Shown piece by piece: positions 23,834-34,079 of a DNA stretch of 64,000 nucleotides. The stretch spans positions 1 through 64,000 of the forward strand of contig CAVPSB010000013.1 of NCBI GenBank assembly GCA_963708025.1, given 5' to 3'. The position numbers were made by a program, and so were the translations under genes. Position 1 is the first letter of the stretch; the number at the start of each line of letters is the position of its first letter. Below the pieces are notes generated by a model, which saw only the letters and a program-made list of their open reading frames with translations, was not told the DNA's origin and did no database searches. This DNA is from an uncultured Candidatus Rokubacteria bacterium. Its GTDB lineage: Bacteria > Methylomirabilota > Methylomirabilia > Rokubacteriales > DASRDR01.

Positions 23834-24730
23834 CTAGCGGGAGCGGCGGGCCAGCTCGGCTTCGATCGCCGGCAGCGCTTCCAGGATGACCTCGCCCACC
23901 GCCCGCAGACTCTGCGGGTCGAGCTTGTCCGGCGTGTCCTCGGCGGTGTGCCACCAGGCGTTCTGCCCCTGCCCGCCCCCGTAGTCGAAGTCGATCAGGA
24001 GGCTGGCCGCCACCCCGGCGTCGAGGAACGGCGCGTGATCGTCTTCGACGGGTTGCCGCTCGTCCAGGAAGTGTCGCTGGTGGCCCAGCCGGCGGGCGAT
24101 CGACCACAGGAGGTCGGTCAGCCATACGGTGGAGGCCGCCTCGCGACGGATGCCGAGGTCCCGATCGCCGATCATGTCGGCCACCACGAGCGCCCGCAGG
24201 CGACCCAGCTCCCCGGACGCCCGCAGGGCGCCCACCAGCGCCCGGCTGCCGTAGAGGCTGTCGGTCGGCGACCACTCCACCTGGGCCTCCTCCCCGTCGA
24301 AGAAGAGAAGCCAGTGCGTGTAGAGCGGCGGCGCCGCGCGGTGACGCGCCGCCAGGACCCGGCCCAGCTCGATCAGCAGCGCGGTCGACGAGCCGCCGTC
24401 GTTGGCGCCGACGAAGCGGAACCCGGTGAAGACCTTCGTGTCGTAGTGCCCGCCCACCGCGACGACATCATGCCGCTGCCCCGGCCACTCGGCAACGAGG
24501 TTCACCATCCGGACGGGGCCCCGTGGCGTGCGGGCGGTGAAGGCCTGCTCCCGAACCCGCCAACCGGCCCGGCGCAGCTCGCCGGTGATGTAGCCCCGGG
24601 CGCGCTCGAGGGCCGGCGACCCGGGCGGACGCGGGCCGAGGGCCACCAGGTGCTCCACGTCGCGGAAGGCGCGGCCGCCGTCGAAGCCGGTGGCGGCCAG
24701 CGCGGCGACCGCGGCGAGGACAACCGCCAC
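23834..24730 (-). CDS. M28 family peptidase (glutaminyl cyclase-like)
   Basis: GHYDTK, GANDGGSST, FFDGEEA, DMIGD, EDDH, WHTAEDT. Confidence 0.9.
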   Translation of the reverse strand: MAVVLAAVAALAATGFDGGRAFRDVEHLVALGPRPPGSPALERARGYITGELRRAGWRVREQAFTARTPRGPVRMVNLVAEWPGQRHDVVAVGGHYDTKVFTGFRFVGANDGGSSTALLIELGRVLAARHRAAPPLYTHWLLFFDGEEAQVEWSPTDSLYGSRALVGALRASGELGRLRALVVADMIGDRDLGIRREAASTVWLTDLLWSIARRLGHQRHFLDERQPVEDDHAPFLDAGVAASLLIDFDYGGGQGQNAWWHTAEDTPDKLDPQSLRAVGEVILEALPAIEAELARRSR

Positions 24731-24765
24731 GCCGGCGGCCAGTCGGCCGAGCGGGCATCGGCGGC

Positions 24766-25026
24766 TCAGGTCGGCGCCTTGAACTTGGCGGCGCAGGCCG
24801 GGCTGCAGAAGTAGTACGTCGTCGGCCCCGCCGCCCGCGCGATCGCCGTGCGCCGGGGAACGTAGGTCTCGCAGACCGGATCCTTCACCAAGTCGTTCCG
24901 GAGGGCGCGGGTGGGACCGCCGGTCCGCCGGGTCCCGCCGAGGCCGGCCAGGAAGGCGGAGACGACCGAACGGATCAGGAGGAAGACCAGGAGGGCGACG
25001 ACGGCGAGGGCGAGAAGGCGGAGCAC
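24766..25026 (-). CDS. YHS/TRASH domain membrane protein
   Basis: KDPVCETYV...YYFCSPAC. Confidence 0.8.
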   Translation of the reverse strand: MLRLLALAVVALLVFLLIRSVVSAFLAGLGGTRRTGGPTRALRNDLVKDPVCETYVPRRTAIARAAGPTTYYFCSPACAAKFKAPT

Positions 25027-25047
25027 GACCGCGGGGACGCGGCTCTA

Positions 25048-25401
25048 CTACGCGTTTTCCGGGCGGATGTGGAGGGACTTCAGGAAATCACGGTCCAGCT
25101 TCGTCAGCTCGAAGCGGAGATCGCCCGCGTCGGGGGCGGCGCCGATCTCACGAACCACGTAGGTCGCCTCCTCTTCCTCTAGCTCGCCGCCGCCGGCGGC
25201 ATCCTCGACGCCGTCCGCATCCTCTTCGCCGTCGGCCTCCTCGGCCGACTCGGCGTTCGCCACGAAGAAGAGGCGCGCCTCGTAACCGTTCCGCACCAGA
25301 TCGGCCAGCGCGTCGCGGACCTCCGAGGACGTCGAGAGAGAGGACTCGACCGCCTGCATCAGCTTGGCCATCAGGTCTCGGATGGCTTCGTCTTTGTCCA
25401 T
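25048..25401 (-). CDS. Acidic hypothetical protein
   Basis: MDKDEAIRDL...DRDFLKSLHIR; typical codon usage. Confidence 0.65.
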   Translation of the reverse strand: MDKDEAIRDLMAKLMQAVESSLSTSSEVRDALADLVRNGYEARLFFVANAESAEEADGEEDADGVEDAAGGGELEEEEATYVVREIGAAPDAGDLRFELTKLDRDFLKSLHIRPENA

Positions 25402-25484
25402 GCCGCCACCTTCGAAGCCAGGATAGCCCCCACCCCACCCACTGTCAAATAACGCACGGTCCGACGGGCGGGTCCGCCGGTGGC

Positions 25485-26342
25485 TCAAGACAGCCCCCGC
25501 GAACTGGTCCGTCGCTTGACGGCTGCCTCCAGCCGCTGGCAGCGCCGACGCAGTGGCTCGAGCGCCTCGTCATGGGTGATGACGTACAGCTCGCGCTCGC
25601 GGATGGCGGCCAGCGCCTGCTCGGCGACCTCCTCCGCCGTGAGCGTGCGACCGATGAGCTGGACCGATGACGCCCGGGAGCGACCCGGCGGGTTGCGCAG
25701 CGCCGGCGGACGGCTTCGCTCGGCCTCACCGATACGGGTGGCCACGCCCATCGGGCAGAGGACGGAGACGCCGATGCCGTACGGCCGGAGATCCTTGGCG
25801 AGGGTCTCGGACAGACCGACGACCGCGTACTTGGTGGTGTTATAGACCCCCAAACCCTGCGACGCGATCAGGCCGGCCATGGAGGCGCTGTTCAGGATGT
25901 GCCCGCCGGGACCCTGCGCGATCATCCGCGGCAGGAAGGCGAGGAGTCCGTGGATGACGCCCCACAGGTTCACCCCGATCGCCCACTGCCAGTCCTGCCG
26001 GGTGGCGTGCTCGAGGCCGCCGGAGAGCGCGACCCCGGCGTTGTTGCAGAGGAGGTGGACCGCGCCAAATCGCTGGAATGCGCGGTCGGCGAGCGACTCG
26101 ACCTGGGCCAGCTCGGTGACGTCGGTCCGCACGACGAAGACGGAGCGGCCGAGCGCCCGCACCGCGTGGCCGGTCTCGGCCATCGCCGCCTCGTCGACGT
26201 CGGCGACGACGATCTGCGCGCCCGCCCGGGCGAGGGCGAGGGCCAGGGCCCGGCCGATCCCGCTGCCGCCGCCGGTGATGACGGCGACCTGGTCGACGAA
26301 GCTCGTCAGCGGAACCGGCCGCGGCGGTATGGGGCCGCTCAT
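25485..26342 (-). CDS. SDR family oxidoreductase
   Basis: TGGGSGIG, NNAG, YNTTK. Confidence 0.92.
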   Translation of the reverse strand: MSGPIPPRPVPLTSFVDQVAVITGGGSGIGRALALALARAGAQIVVADVDEAAMAETGHAVRALGRSVFVVRTDVTELAQVESLADRAFQRFGAVHLLCNNAGVALSGGLEHATRQDWQWAIGVNLWGVIHGLLAFLPRMIAQGPGGHILNSASMAGLIASQGLGVYNTTKYAVVGLSETLAKDLRPYGIGVSVLCPMGVATRIGEAERSRPPALRNPPGRSRASSVQLIGRTLTAEEVAEQALAAIRERELYVITHDEALEPLRRRCQRLEAAVKRRTSSRGLS

Positions 26343-26471
26343 GAGACCACCCTCCCCTGCAGCATCATCGTCCCCCCTCCCTCGGTCGGACGACACGGCG
26401 CCAGGTGAGCCGGGGAAGTTGGCCGGAGTGTAGGAGGGGCGGGCGGGGCTGTCAACCGACCGCACCGGGAT

Positions 26472-26540
26472 CTTCGGGTGGGTCTCGGAAGACCCCCCCG
26501 ATGCCCCCCCTCGGAGGCCGCGGCAAAGCCGCGGCTCGAA
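26472..26540 (+). repeat. Repeat family B
   Basis: CTTCGGGTGGGTCTCGGAAGACCCCCCCGATG...GCCGCGGCAAAGCCGCGGC. Confidence 0.85.
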
Positions 26541-26696
26541 GCGGAACGCCAGGGCCGCGTGGCCAAAGTCAGAGGGTTGCGAGAAGCCGATGGGCGGCGG
26601 GATTGACGGTCGGCGGCATTGGTTCAACCGCACCGGGCGACCGGCGCCGAGCGGCGCGCAGCCGGCAGCTCGAGGGTCTGCTAGAATCCCTCCCCG

Positions 26697-28799
26697 ATGG
26701 GCGGCTACCGGCTCGGCATCGACATCGGTGGCACCTTCACCGACCTGGCCCTGACCGACGCCCGCGGGCGGGTGCGGTTCGGCAAGGTGCTGACGACGCC
26801 CGACGATCCGCTCCGGGGCCTCCTCGACGGCATGCGGGCACTGCTGACCGGAGCCGGCGTCCCCGCCCGCGAGGTCGCCCACGTGCTCCACGGCACCACG
26901 CTCATCACCAACGCCGTCATCGAGCGGAAGGGCGCGCGGACCGGGCTCCTCACCACCGAGGGGTTCGAGGACGTCCTCGAGATCGGCCGCGAGGCGCGCT
27001 ACGACCTCTACGACCTCGAGATGCGTATGCCGGAGCCGGTCGTCCAGCGCCGGCTGCGACTCGGCGTGCCGGAGCGGACCGACCACGCCGGGCGCGTGCG
27101 CCAGCCGCTCGACGCCGGACGGGTAGCTGACGCCATCCGCGCCCTCGAGGCGGCGGGGGTCGAGGCGATCGCGGTCTGCTTCCTGCACGCCCACCAGAAC
27201 CCGGCCAACGAGCGCGCCGCCGCCGACGCCGTCCGGGCGACCCTGCCCGGCGTGACCGTCACCACCTCGGTCGAGGTGCTGCCCGAGATCCGCGAGTACG
27301 AGCGGGCGTCCACCACCGTGCTCAATGCCTACGTCCAGCCGCTCGCCCGCCGGTACCTGGGCCGGCTGCGCCACGGCCTCGCCGCGGCCGGCGCCACGCG
27401 GGCGGCCGTCCACATCATGACCTCGAGCGGGCACCTGACGACGACCGAGGAAGCCGAGCGGGTGCCGGTGCGCCTGATCGAGTCGGGTCCGGCCGGCGGC
27501 TGCCTGGCCGCGGTGTTCCACGGCCGGCAGTCGGGGCTTCGCGACCTGGTGGCCTTCGACATGGGCGGCACCACGGCCAAGGCTTGCCTGATCCACGGCG
27601 GCCGACCGTACACGACGAACGAGTTCGAGGTCGCGCGGGTCCAGCTCGGGAAGAAGGGCAGCGGGCTGCCGCTCCGCATCCCGGCGCTCGATCTCATCGA
27701 GATCGGCGCCGGCGGCGGCTCCATCGCGACCGTCGACGCCCTCGGCCTCCTGCGCGTCGGGCCGCGGAGCGCGGGGGCGGAGCCGGGACCGGCCTGCTAC
27801 GGCCGGGGCGGCAAGGAGCCGACCGTCACCGACGCGGACCTCCTCCTCGGCTACCTCGCCCCCGACCGCTTCCTGGGCGGCGACATGCGGCTGGACGCGA
27901 AGGCCTCGCGCCGGGCGATCCAGGAGGTGGCGGAGGCGGCGGGGCTGGCCGTCATCGAGGCAGCCGCCGGCATCCATCGCATCGTCAACGAGAACATGGC
28001 CAGCGCCGCCCGGATCCACATCCTGGAGAAGGGCAAGGACCCGCGGCGGTACCCCCTGTTCACCTTCGGCGGCGCCGGGCCCGTCCACGCTCACGGGGTG
28101 GCGCGGCTCCTGGGCACCGGCCGTGTCATCGTCCCGCGCGGCGCCGGGGTGACCGCCGCGCTCGGCTTCCTGGCGGCCCCCATCGCGACCGACGAGGTCC
28201 GGACCTACCTCACCCGGCTGGACCGCGTGGACTGGGAGCGCGCGCGCCGGCTCCTCGCCGAGATGGAGGCGGCGGCGGTCGCGACGCTGCGCGCAGCCGG
28301 TCTGCCGGCGCGGGCCATCGCCGTCGAGCGAGCCGCCGACATGCGCTACGCCGGCCAGGGGTTCGAGATCACCGCCCCGCTCCCGGCGGGGAAGCTGGAC
28401 GCCGCGCGCACGGAGGCGATCGCGCGCGCCTTCCTGGCCACCTATCGGGAGCGCTACGGGCAGGCGACCCGCGATCAGCCGCTGGAGGTGGTCTCCTGGC
28501 GGGTGCGCGCGCGGGGCCCGATGCCCCGCGTCCGGCTCCGGGCCGTGCCCCGCGCCCGCGACACCCGCGAGGCGCGGACGGGTCGCCGCCCGGTGTACTT
28601 CGGCCGCTTCGTGAACACGCCCGTGTACGACCGGGCCCGGCTGGGTGCCGGGGCCGTCGTGCCGGGACCGGCGATCCTGGAGGAGCGGGAGTCCACGCTC
28701 GTCGTCCCGCCCGGCGCCCGCGCCGCCATCGACCCCCGCGGCAACGCGATCGTCACGCTGTCCACGGCCCCCGCGCGCCGGGGCACCCGGATGCAGTAA
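26697..28799 (+). CDS. Hydantoinase/oxoprolinase subunit A
   Basis: GIDIGGTFTD, HGTTLITNA, ESGPAGG, DMGGTT, GAGGGS, DMRYAGQ. Confidence 0.93.
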   Translation: MGGYRLGIDIGGTFTDLALTDARGRVRFGKVLTTPDDPLRGLLDGMRALLTGAGVPAREVAHVLHGTTLITNAVIERKGARTGLLTTEGFEDVLEIGREARYDLYDLEMRMPEPVVQRRLRLGVPERTDHAGRVRQPLDAGRVADAIRALEAAGVEAIAVCFLHAHQNPANERAAADAVRATLPGVTVTTSVEVLPEIREYERASTTVLNAYVQPLARRYLGRLRHGLAAAGATRAAVHIMTSSGHLTTTEEAERVPVRLIESGPAGGCLAAVFHGRQSGLRDLVAFDMGGTTAKACLIHGGRPYTTNEFEVARVQLGKKGSGLPLRIPALDLIEIGAGGGSIATVDALGLLRVGPRSAGAEPGPACYGRGGKEPTVTDADLLLGYLAPDRFLGGDMRLDAKASRRAIQEVAEAAGLAVIEAAAGIHRIVNENMASAARIHILEKGKDPRRYPLFTFGGAGPVHAHGVARLLGTGRVIVPRGAGVTAALGFLAAPIATDEVRTYLTRLDRVDWERARRLLAEMEAAAVATLRAAGLPARAIAVERAADMRYAGQGFEITAPLPAGKLDAARTEAIARAFLATYRERYGQATRDQPLEVVSWRVRARGPMPRVRLRAVPRARDTREARTGRRPVYFGRFVNTPVYDRARLGAGAVVPGPAILEERESTLVVPPGARAAIDPRGNAIVTLSTAPARRGTRMQ

Positions 28800-28808
28800 G
28801 CTACTGCC

Positions 28809-30482
28809 GTGGCGAGATCCGGAGCGCTCGATCCGGTCACGACCTCCATCCTCTGGGCGCGGCTCCTCGCGGTCGTGGACGAGGCCGCCGCCACGCTGAT
28901 CCGCACCTCGTTCTCCACCATCGTCCGCGAAGTGCACGACATGACCCAGCTCCTCACCGACGACCGCGGGCAGACGCTGACCCAGTCCGCCGTCTCCACG
29001 CCGGGGTTCGTCGGGACGACCGCCGGCGGTGTCCGGCGGTTCCTGGAGCTCTATCCCGCCGAGACCTGGCGACCGGGTGACGTCGCCATCACCAACGACC
29101 CGTGGGTGGTGACCGGCCACCTGCCCGACGTCACGATCGTCACGCCGGTCTTCCATCCTCGTCGGGGGGGTCGGGGGGTGGGGGTCGGGGGGGTCGGGGC
29201 GCTGGTCGCGTTCATGGCCAACACGGCCCACATGACCGACATCGGCGGCACCTACTTCGGCGCCAGCACCACCGAGGTCTTCGAGGAGGGGCTCCGGATC
29301 CCGCCGCTCAAGCTGATGGTCGCCGGCCGCCCGGTGGCGCCGGTGTGGGCGATGATCCGCGCCAACGTCCGGGCCCCCGACCAGGTCGTGGGCGACCTCC
29401 GGGCCCAGATCGCCGCCAACGAGCAGGGGGTGCGGACGATCTCGGGCATCATGGCCGACTACGGCCTGGCCGACCTGCGCGGCCTGGCCCGGGCGATCCA
29501 CGACGCCAGCGACCGGGCCCTCGGCGAGGCGCTGGCCCACGTGCCCGACGGCACCTACCCGGCCGAGGCGACGGGAGACGGCTACGGCGAGCCGTTCACG
29601 GTGAAGCTCGCCCTCACGGTCCGGGCCGGCCACCTCCACTTCGACTTCACCGGCTCCTCGCCCCAGCAGCGCACGCCCATCAACGCCGTCATCCAGTACA
29701 CGCGGGCCTACGCGGCGTTCACCACCAAGTGCGCCTTCGTGCCGGAGATCCCGAACAACGAGGGGCTGCTCCGGCGGATCACCATCGAGGCGACCCCGGG
29801 GTCGATCGTGAACGCGATCGAGCCGGCCCCCGTCCAGTCCCGACATGTCCTGGGCTTCGTGCTCCAGGGCGCGGTGTTCGCCGCCTTCGCCCAGTGCGCG
29901 CCCGCCCACGCCCAGGCCGATAGCGGCACGCCCCCGCCCATCATCACCTTCTACGGGAACAAGCCCGACGGCACGCCGTTTTTGACCTTCGAGTTCGTCA
30001 ACGGCGGCGTCGGCGGCAAGCTGGCCATCGACGGCCGCTCGACCACCTCGTTTCCGTCGAACATCGCCAACCTTCCGGTCGAGATCCTGGAGTCGATCGC
30101 GCCCGTGCTCTACCTGGAGCAACGCCTGATCCCGGACTCCGGCGGCGTCGGGACGCATCGGGGCGGGCTGGGCCAGCGGAAGACCTTCCGGGTCGAGCAC
30201 CCGATGATGGCCTCGCTGATCCTCGATCGCTTCCGCCATCCCCCGCCCGGTGTTCTGGGCGGCGGCGACGGCCGCCGCGCGGAGGCCCGGTTCGCCGACG
30301 GCCGCCCGGTGACCATGAAGAGCGTCCTGGCGCTCCAGCCCGGGGACGTCCTCACGCTCGAGTCCCCGGGGGGCGGCGGCTACGGGGACCCCGGGAAGCG
30401 GCCCGACGAGCTGATCCGTCGCGACCTCGACGAGGGATACGTGACCCGCTGGCCTGGTTGGAACGGAGGGAAACCGTCATGA
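28809..30482 (+). CDS. Hydantoinase B/oxoprolinase subunit
   Basis: RTSFSTIVRE, NDPWVVTGHLPD, HMTDIGG, EEGLRIPP, PGGGGYGDP. Confidence 0.92.
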   Translation: MARSGALDPVTTSILWARLLAVVDEAAATLIRTSFSTIVREVHDMTQLLTDDRGQTLTQSAVSTPGFVGTTAGGVRRFLELYPAETWRPGDVAITNDPWVVTGHLPDVTIVTPVFHPRRGGRGVGVGGVGALVAFMANTAHMTDIGGTYFGASTTEVFEEGLRIPPLKLMVAGRPVAPVWAMIRANVRAPDQVVGDLRAQIAANEQGVRTISGIMADYGLADLRGLARAIHDASDRALGEALAHVPDGTYPAEATGDGYGEPFTVKLALTVRAGHLHFDFTGSSPQQRTPINAVIQYTRAYAAFTTKCAFVPEIPNNEGLLRRITIEATPGSIVNAIEPAPVQSRHVLGFVLQGAVFAAFAQCAPAHAQADSGTPPPIITFYGNKPDGTPFLTFEFVNGGVGGKLAIDGRSTTSFPSNIANLPVEILESIAPVLYLEQRLIPDSGGVGTHRGGLGQRKTFRVEHPMMASLILDRFRHPPPGVLGGGDGRRAEARFADGRPVTMKSVLALQPGDVLTLESPGGGGYGDPGKRPDELIRRDLDEGYVTRWPGWNGGKPS

Positions 30483-32053
30483 CCGTGCGACGACTCGCGA
30501 CCTGCCTCCTCCTCGTGCTCGCGGCGACCGGCCCGGCGATGGCCGCCACCCCCGCCGACGTCCTGGTCGTGGCGGTGGGCGGCGACCTCGTCTCCATCGA
30601 TCCGCCCTTCTCCTCCGGCGCGCCGTTCCAGAACGAGGTCATCACGAATCTCTACGACTACCTCGTCGAGTTCGGGACGAAGCCCGACGGCAAGGGCGGC
30701 ACGATGGGCGACCTCAACGGCTTCGCCGGGAAGCTCGCCCAGTCCTGGACCGTCTCGCCCGACGGGACCAAGGTCACCTTCAAGCTCCGCCCCGGGGCGC
30801 GGTTCGCCAACGGCGAGCCGGTGACCGTCCAGGACGTCAAGTACAGCTACGACCGGATCTTCGGGGTGAAGGCGGTCACCGCCGCCCTCACCAGGATGGC
30901 GGCCGTCGAGGGTCCGGAGTCGATCCGGATCGTGGACCCGCAGACGATCGAGTTCACCCTGTCGAAGGGCAACCCGCTCCTCTTCGGGAACATGGCGCAG
31001 TACGGCCACGGCGTGACCCAGGAGAAGGCGCTCAAGCCCCAGGTCGCCGCCGACGACCCCTGGGCCACCAAGTGGCTCAAGACGAGCGACGCCGGCGGGG
31101 GGCCGTTCGCCCTCGAGCGGTGGACGTCGGGCTCGGAGATCGTGCTCCGTCGCAACGAGCACTACTGGGCGGGGCCGGCCAAGCTCAAGCAGGTCGCGTT
31201 CAAGATCGTTCCCGAGGCCGCGACCCGGACCCTGCTGCTCCGGAACGGCGCCGTCGACATCGCCACCGGCCTGCCGTTCCAGGACGTCCTCGCCCTCCAG
31301 GGCGACCCCAACGTGCAGGTCCTCTCCTACCCGTCCACGATCGTGAAGTACCTGGCGATGAACCTGAAGACCCCGCCCTTCGACCAGGTGAAGGTGCGGC
31401 AGGCGATGTCCTACGCCGTGCCCTACGACACGATCCTGAAGGAGGTCGTGAAGGGGTTCGGGCGGCAGCTCAAGGGCCTGGCGCCCGAGGGGATGCTGAC
31501 CGCCGACCCGTCGCTCTGGCGCTACGCGACCGACGCGGGCAAGGCCAAGCAGCTCCTGGCCGAGGCCGGGCTGGCCGGCGGCTTCAAGACGACGCTCACC
31601 GTGCGGGCGGGTTTCCCCGACGACGAGCAGATCGCGGTCTGGGTGCAGTCGGCCCTCCGACCCCTGAACGTCGAGGTGGCGATCGAGAAGCTGCCACTGG
31701 CCGGCTACACCGACCGGATGCGGAAGAAGGACATGGCCTTCTTCGTCCACGAGTGGCTGTCGATCAACAACGACCCCTTCTACCACTACTTCTGGCTCGC
31801 CCAGCCCGGCTGCTGCAACTACGCCAACTACGAGAACCCGCAGGTCTCCGGGCTCATCAAGGAGTACATGCTCACGACCGACGCCAAGGCGCGGGCCGAC
31901 GCGAGCCGAAAGGTCCAGCAGCTCTTCATGGACGACGCCGGCTGGGTGTTCCTCTACCAGCCGGACGTGATCGTCACGATGCGGAAGAACGTGAAGGGCT
32001 TCGTCTACTGGCCCGACCGCTACACGCGCTACCACTCGATCTTCAAGCAGTAG
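30479..32053 (+). CDS. ABC transporter substrate-binding protein (Dpp/Opp family)
   Basis: Signal peptide; LAQSWTVSPDG..TFKLRPG; GPFAL; VRQAMSYA. Confidence 0.92.
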   Translation: MTVRRLATCLLLVLAATGPAMAATPADVLVVAVGGDLVSIDPPFSSGAPFQNEVITNLYDYLVEFGTKPDGKGGTMGDLNGFAGKLAQSWTVSPDGTKVTFKLRPGARFANGEPVTVQDVKYSYDRIFGVKAVTAALTRMAAVEGPESIRIVDPQTIEFTLSKGNPLLFGNMAQYGHGVTQEKALKPQVAADDPWATKWLKTSDAGGGPFALERWTSGSEIVLRRNEHYWAGPAKLKQVAFKIVPEAATRTLLLRNGAVDIATGLPFQDVLALQGDPNVQVLSYPSTIVKYLAMNLKTPPFDQVKVRQAMSYAVPYDTILKEVVKGFGRQLKGLAPEGMLTADPSLWRYATDAGKAKQLLAEAGLAGGFKTTLTVRAGFPDDEQIAVWVQSALRPLNVEVAIEKLPLAGYTDRMRKKDMAFFVHEWLSINNDPFYHYFWLAQPGCCNYANYENPQVSGLIKEYMLTTDAKARADASRKVQQLFMDDAGWVFLYQPDVIVTMRKNVKGFVYWPDRYTRYHSIFKQ

Positions 32054-32162
32054 GGTGTTCCCGCTGATCAACCAGGGGTTCCTGCATCTCGGCGAGATGC
32101 TCGCCGGTCGGGGGCGGCTCGGCCTCGAGGGGTTCTGATCGGCCCGGCTCCCCCCGCTCCCC

Positions 32163-33176
32163 ATGATCCGGTACGTCCTGCGCCGGCTCTGTCTGGTTCC
32201 GCTGGTCCTGCTCGGCGTGAGCGTGGTGACCTTCGCGGTGACGCGGATCATCCCCGGCGATCCCACCGACCGGCTCGTCGGCAGCGCGTTCCTGACCGAG
32301 GAGCGGCGGGCCGAGATCCGCCGCGAGTACGGCCTCGACCGCCCCTACCCCGCCCAGTTCGCCGCCTATCTCCGGGGGCTTGTCCGCGGCGACCTTGGCA
32401 CCTCGTTCCTCACCAGCCGCCCGGTCGCTGCCGACCTCCGCCAGCGCTTCCCGGCCACGCTCGAGCTGACCAGCGCCGCCATGTGCTTCGCGGTAGCCGT
32501 CGCGGTCCCCCTCGGCGTCGGGTCGGCCGTCTGGAAGGGCTCGTGGCTCGACCACGCGGGCCGCGTCCTCGCCGTGCTCGGGGTCTCGATGCCCGTCTTC
32601 TGGTCGGGCCTCCTCCTCCTCTATCTCTTCTTCTTCTTGTGGCAGTGGGCGCCGCCGCCCATCGGGCGGCTCGAGCTGTCCCTGCTGGCCCCCGCGCCGG
32701 TGACCGGGCTCCTGACCGTGGACGCGCTCCTGGCCGGCGAGGGCGCGGTGCTCTGGGGCGCCCTGCGGAGCCTGGCCCTCCCGGCCCTCGCCCTCGGCCT
32801 GGCGGCGATGGCCCCGCTCGCCCGGATGACCCGGGCGTCGACGCTGGAGGCGCTCGGCTCGGAGTACGTACGGGCGGCCCGGGCTTTTGGGCTCCCCGAG
32901 TGCACGGTGGTCGTCCGCCACGCCCTCCGCACCGCGCTGCTGCCCGTGGTGACGATGGTCGCCGTCGTGTTCGGCTACCAGCTCGGCGGGGTCGTCCTCG
33001 TCGAGGCCGTCTTCGCCTGGCCGGGGCTCGGCCAGTACGCCTACAACGCGGTGGCCAACGCCGACCACCCCGCTGTCCAGGGCTTCATCCTCTACACCAC
33101 GACGATGTACGTCCTGCTCTTCCTGGTGGTGGACGTCCTGTACGCAGTGCTCGACCCGCGAGCCCGCGCAACGTGA
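32163..33176 (+). CDS. ABC permease (DppB-like)
   Basis: PGDP, GDLGTSF, PATLEL, ARMTRAS, VFAWPGLG, LDPR. Confidence 0.92.
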   Translation: MIRYVLRRLCLVPLVLLGVSVVTFAVTRIIPGDPTDRLVGSAFLTEERRAEIRREYGLDRPYPAQFAAYLRGLVRGDLGTSFLTSRPVAADLRQRFPATLELTSAAMCFAVAVAVPLGVGSAVWKGSWLDHAGRVLAVLGVSMPVFWSGLLLLYLFFFLWQWAPPPIGRLELSLLAPAPVTGLLTVDALLAGEGAVLWGALRSLALPALALGLAAMAPLARMTRASTLEALGSEYVRAARAFGLPECTVVVRHALRTALLPVVTMVAVVFGYQLGGVVLVEAVFAWPGLGQYAYNAVANADHPAVQGFILYTTTMYVLLFLVVDVLYAVLDPRARAT

Positions 33177-34079
33177 GCGCGGCACGGATCCGGTCCTTCC
33201 GGCCCCCCCCTCCCCCCGGTGGGTGGGGGAGGGGGGGTGGGGGGGGAGGGCGGGAGGTCCCCAACCAATGTCGAGCCGACGCGACGACCCTGGCCGGCCT
33301 CGCGATCACCCTCGCGCTCGTCCTGGTCGCCCTGCTGGCGCCCTGGCTCGCGCCCCACGACCCGTACGCGACCGATCCGGCGCGCGCGCTCCGCCCGCCG
33401 GCGCCGGCGCATCCTTTCGGCACCGGGGTCTTCGGCGAGGACATCCTCTCCCGCGTCCTCTGGGGGGCTCGCTTCGACCTCCTGATCGCCGCCGGTGCCG
33501 TCGGCATCGCCCTCGTCCTCGGTGGCGCCGTCGGGGCGGTGGCCGGCTTCACCGGCGGCTTCCCCGACGAGGGGCTCATGCGGGCGATGGACGTCCTGCA
33601 GGCCTTCCCGAACTTCGTCCTTGCCCTCGGGATCGCCGCCGCCCTCGGCCCGAGCCTCCCCAACCTGGTCCTCGCCATCGCGCTCACCAACGTGCCCATC
33701 TACGCCCGCCTGATGCGGAGCCAGGTGCTGACGCAGCGGACGGCGCCCTACGCGCTGGCGGCGGTCGGGGTGGGCGAACCCGGTGGCGCGGGTGTTGTTC
33801 GTCCACCTCCTGCCCAACACCTGGTCGCCGATCCTGGTCCAGGCGACGCTCCAGTCCGGGTGGGCGATTCTCCAGGCGGCCGGGCTGTCGTTCATCGGCC
33901 TCGGCGTGCGGGTGCCGACGCCGGAGTGGGGCGTGATGATCGGGATGGGCGTCCAGCAGGCGACCGCGGGCCAGTGGTGGGTGGCGTTCTTCCCGGGCCT
34001 CGCCATCATGGTGGCCGTCATCGGCCTGAACCTGCTGGGTGACGGACTCCAGGACTGGCTGGATCCGAAGCGCCGATGA
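33173..34079 (+). CDS. ABC permease (DppC-like) with an in-frame repeat insertion near the N-terminus and a frameshift at ~33770
   Basis: HPFGT..GEDILSR, HLLPN, LSFIGLG..PTPEWG, GDGLQDWLDP. Confidence 0.88.
33190..33264 (+). repeat. Repeat family C, no module, intragenic
   Basis: GGTCCTTCCGGCCCCCCCCTCCCCC...GGGGGAGGGGGG...GGCGGGAGGTCCC. Confidence 0.8.

Noticed and set aside
25485-30239. 1584-aa minus-strand ORF (likewise 41410-45738 + and other long antisense ORFs)
   Set aside because: These are shadow ORFs of real genes in high-GC DNA; only the SDR part is genuine.
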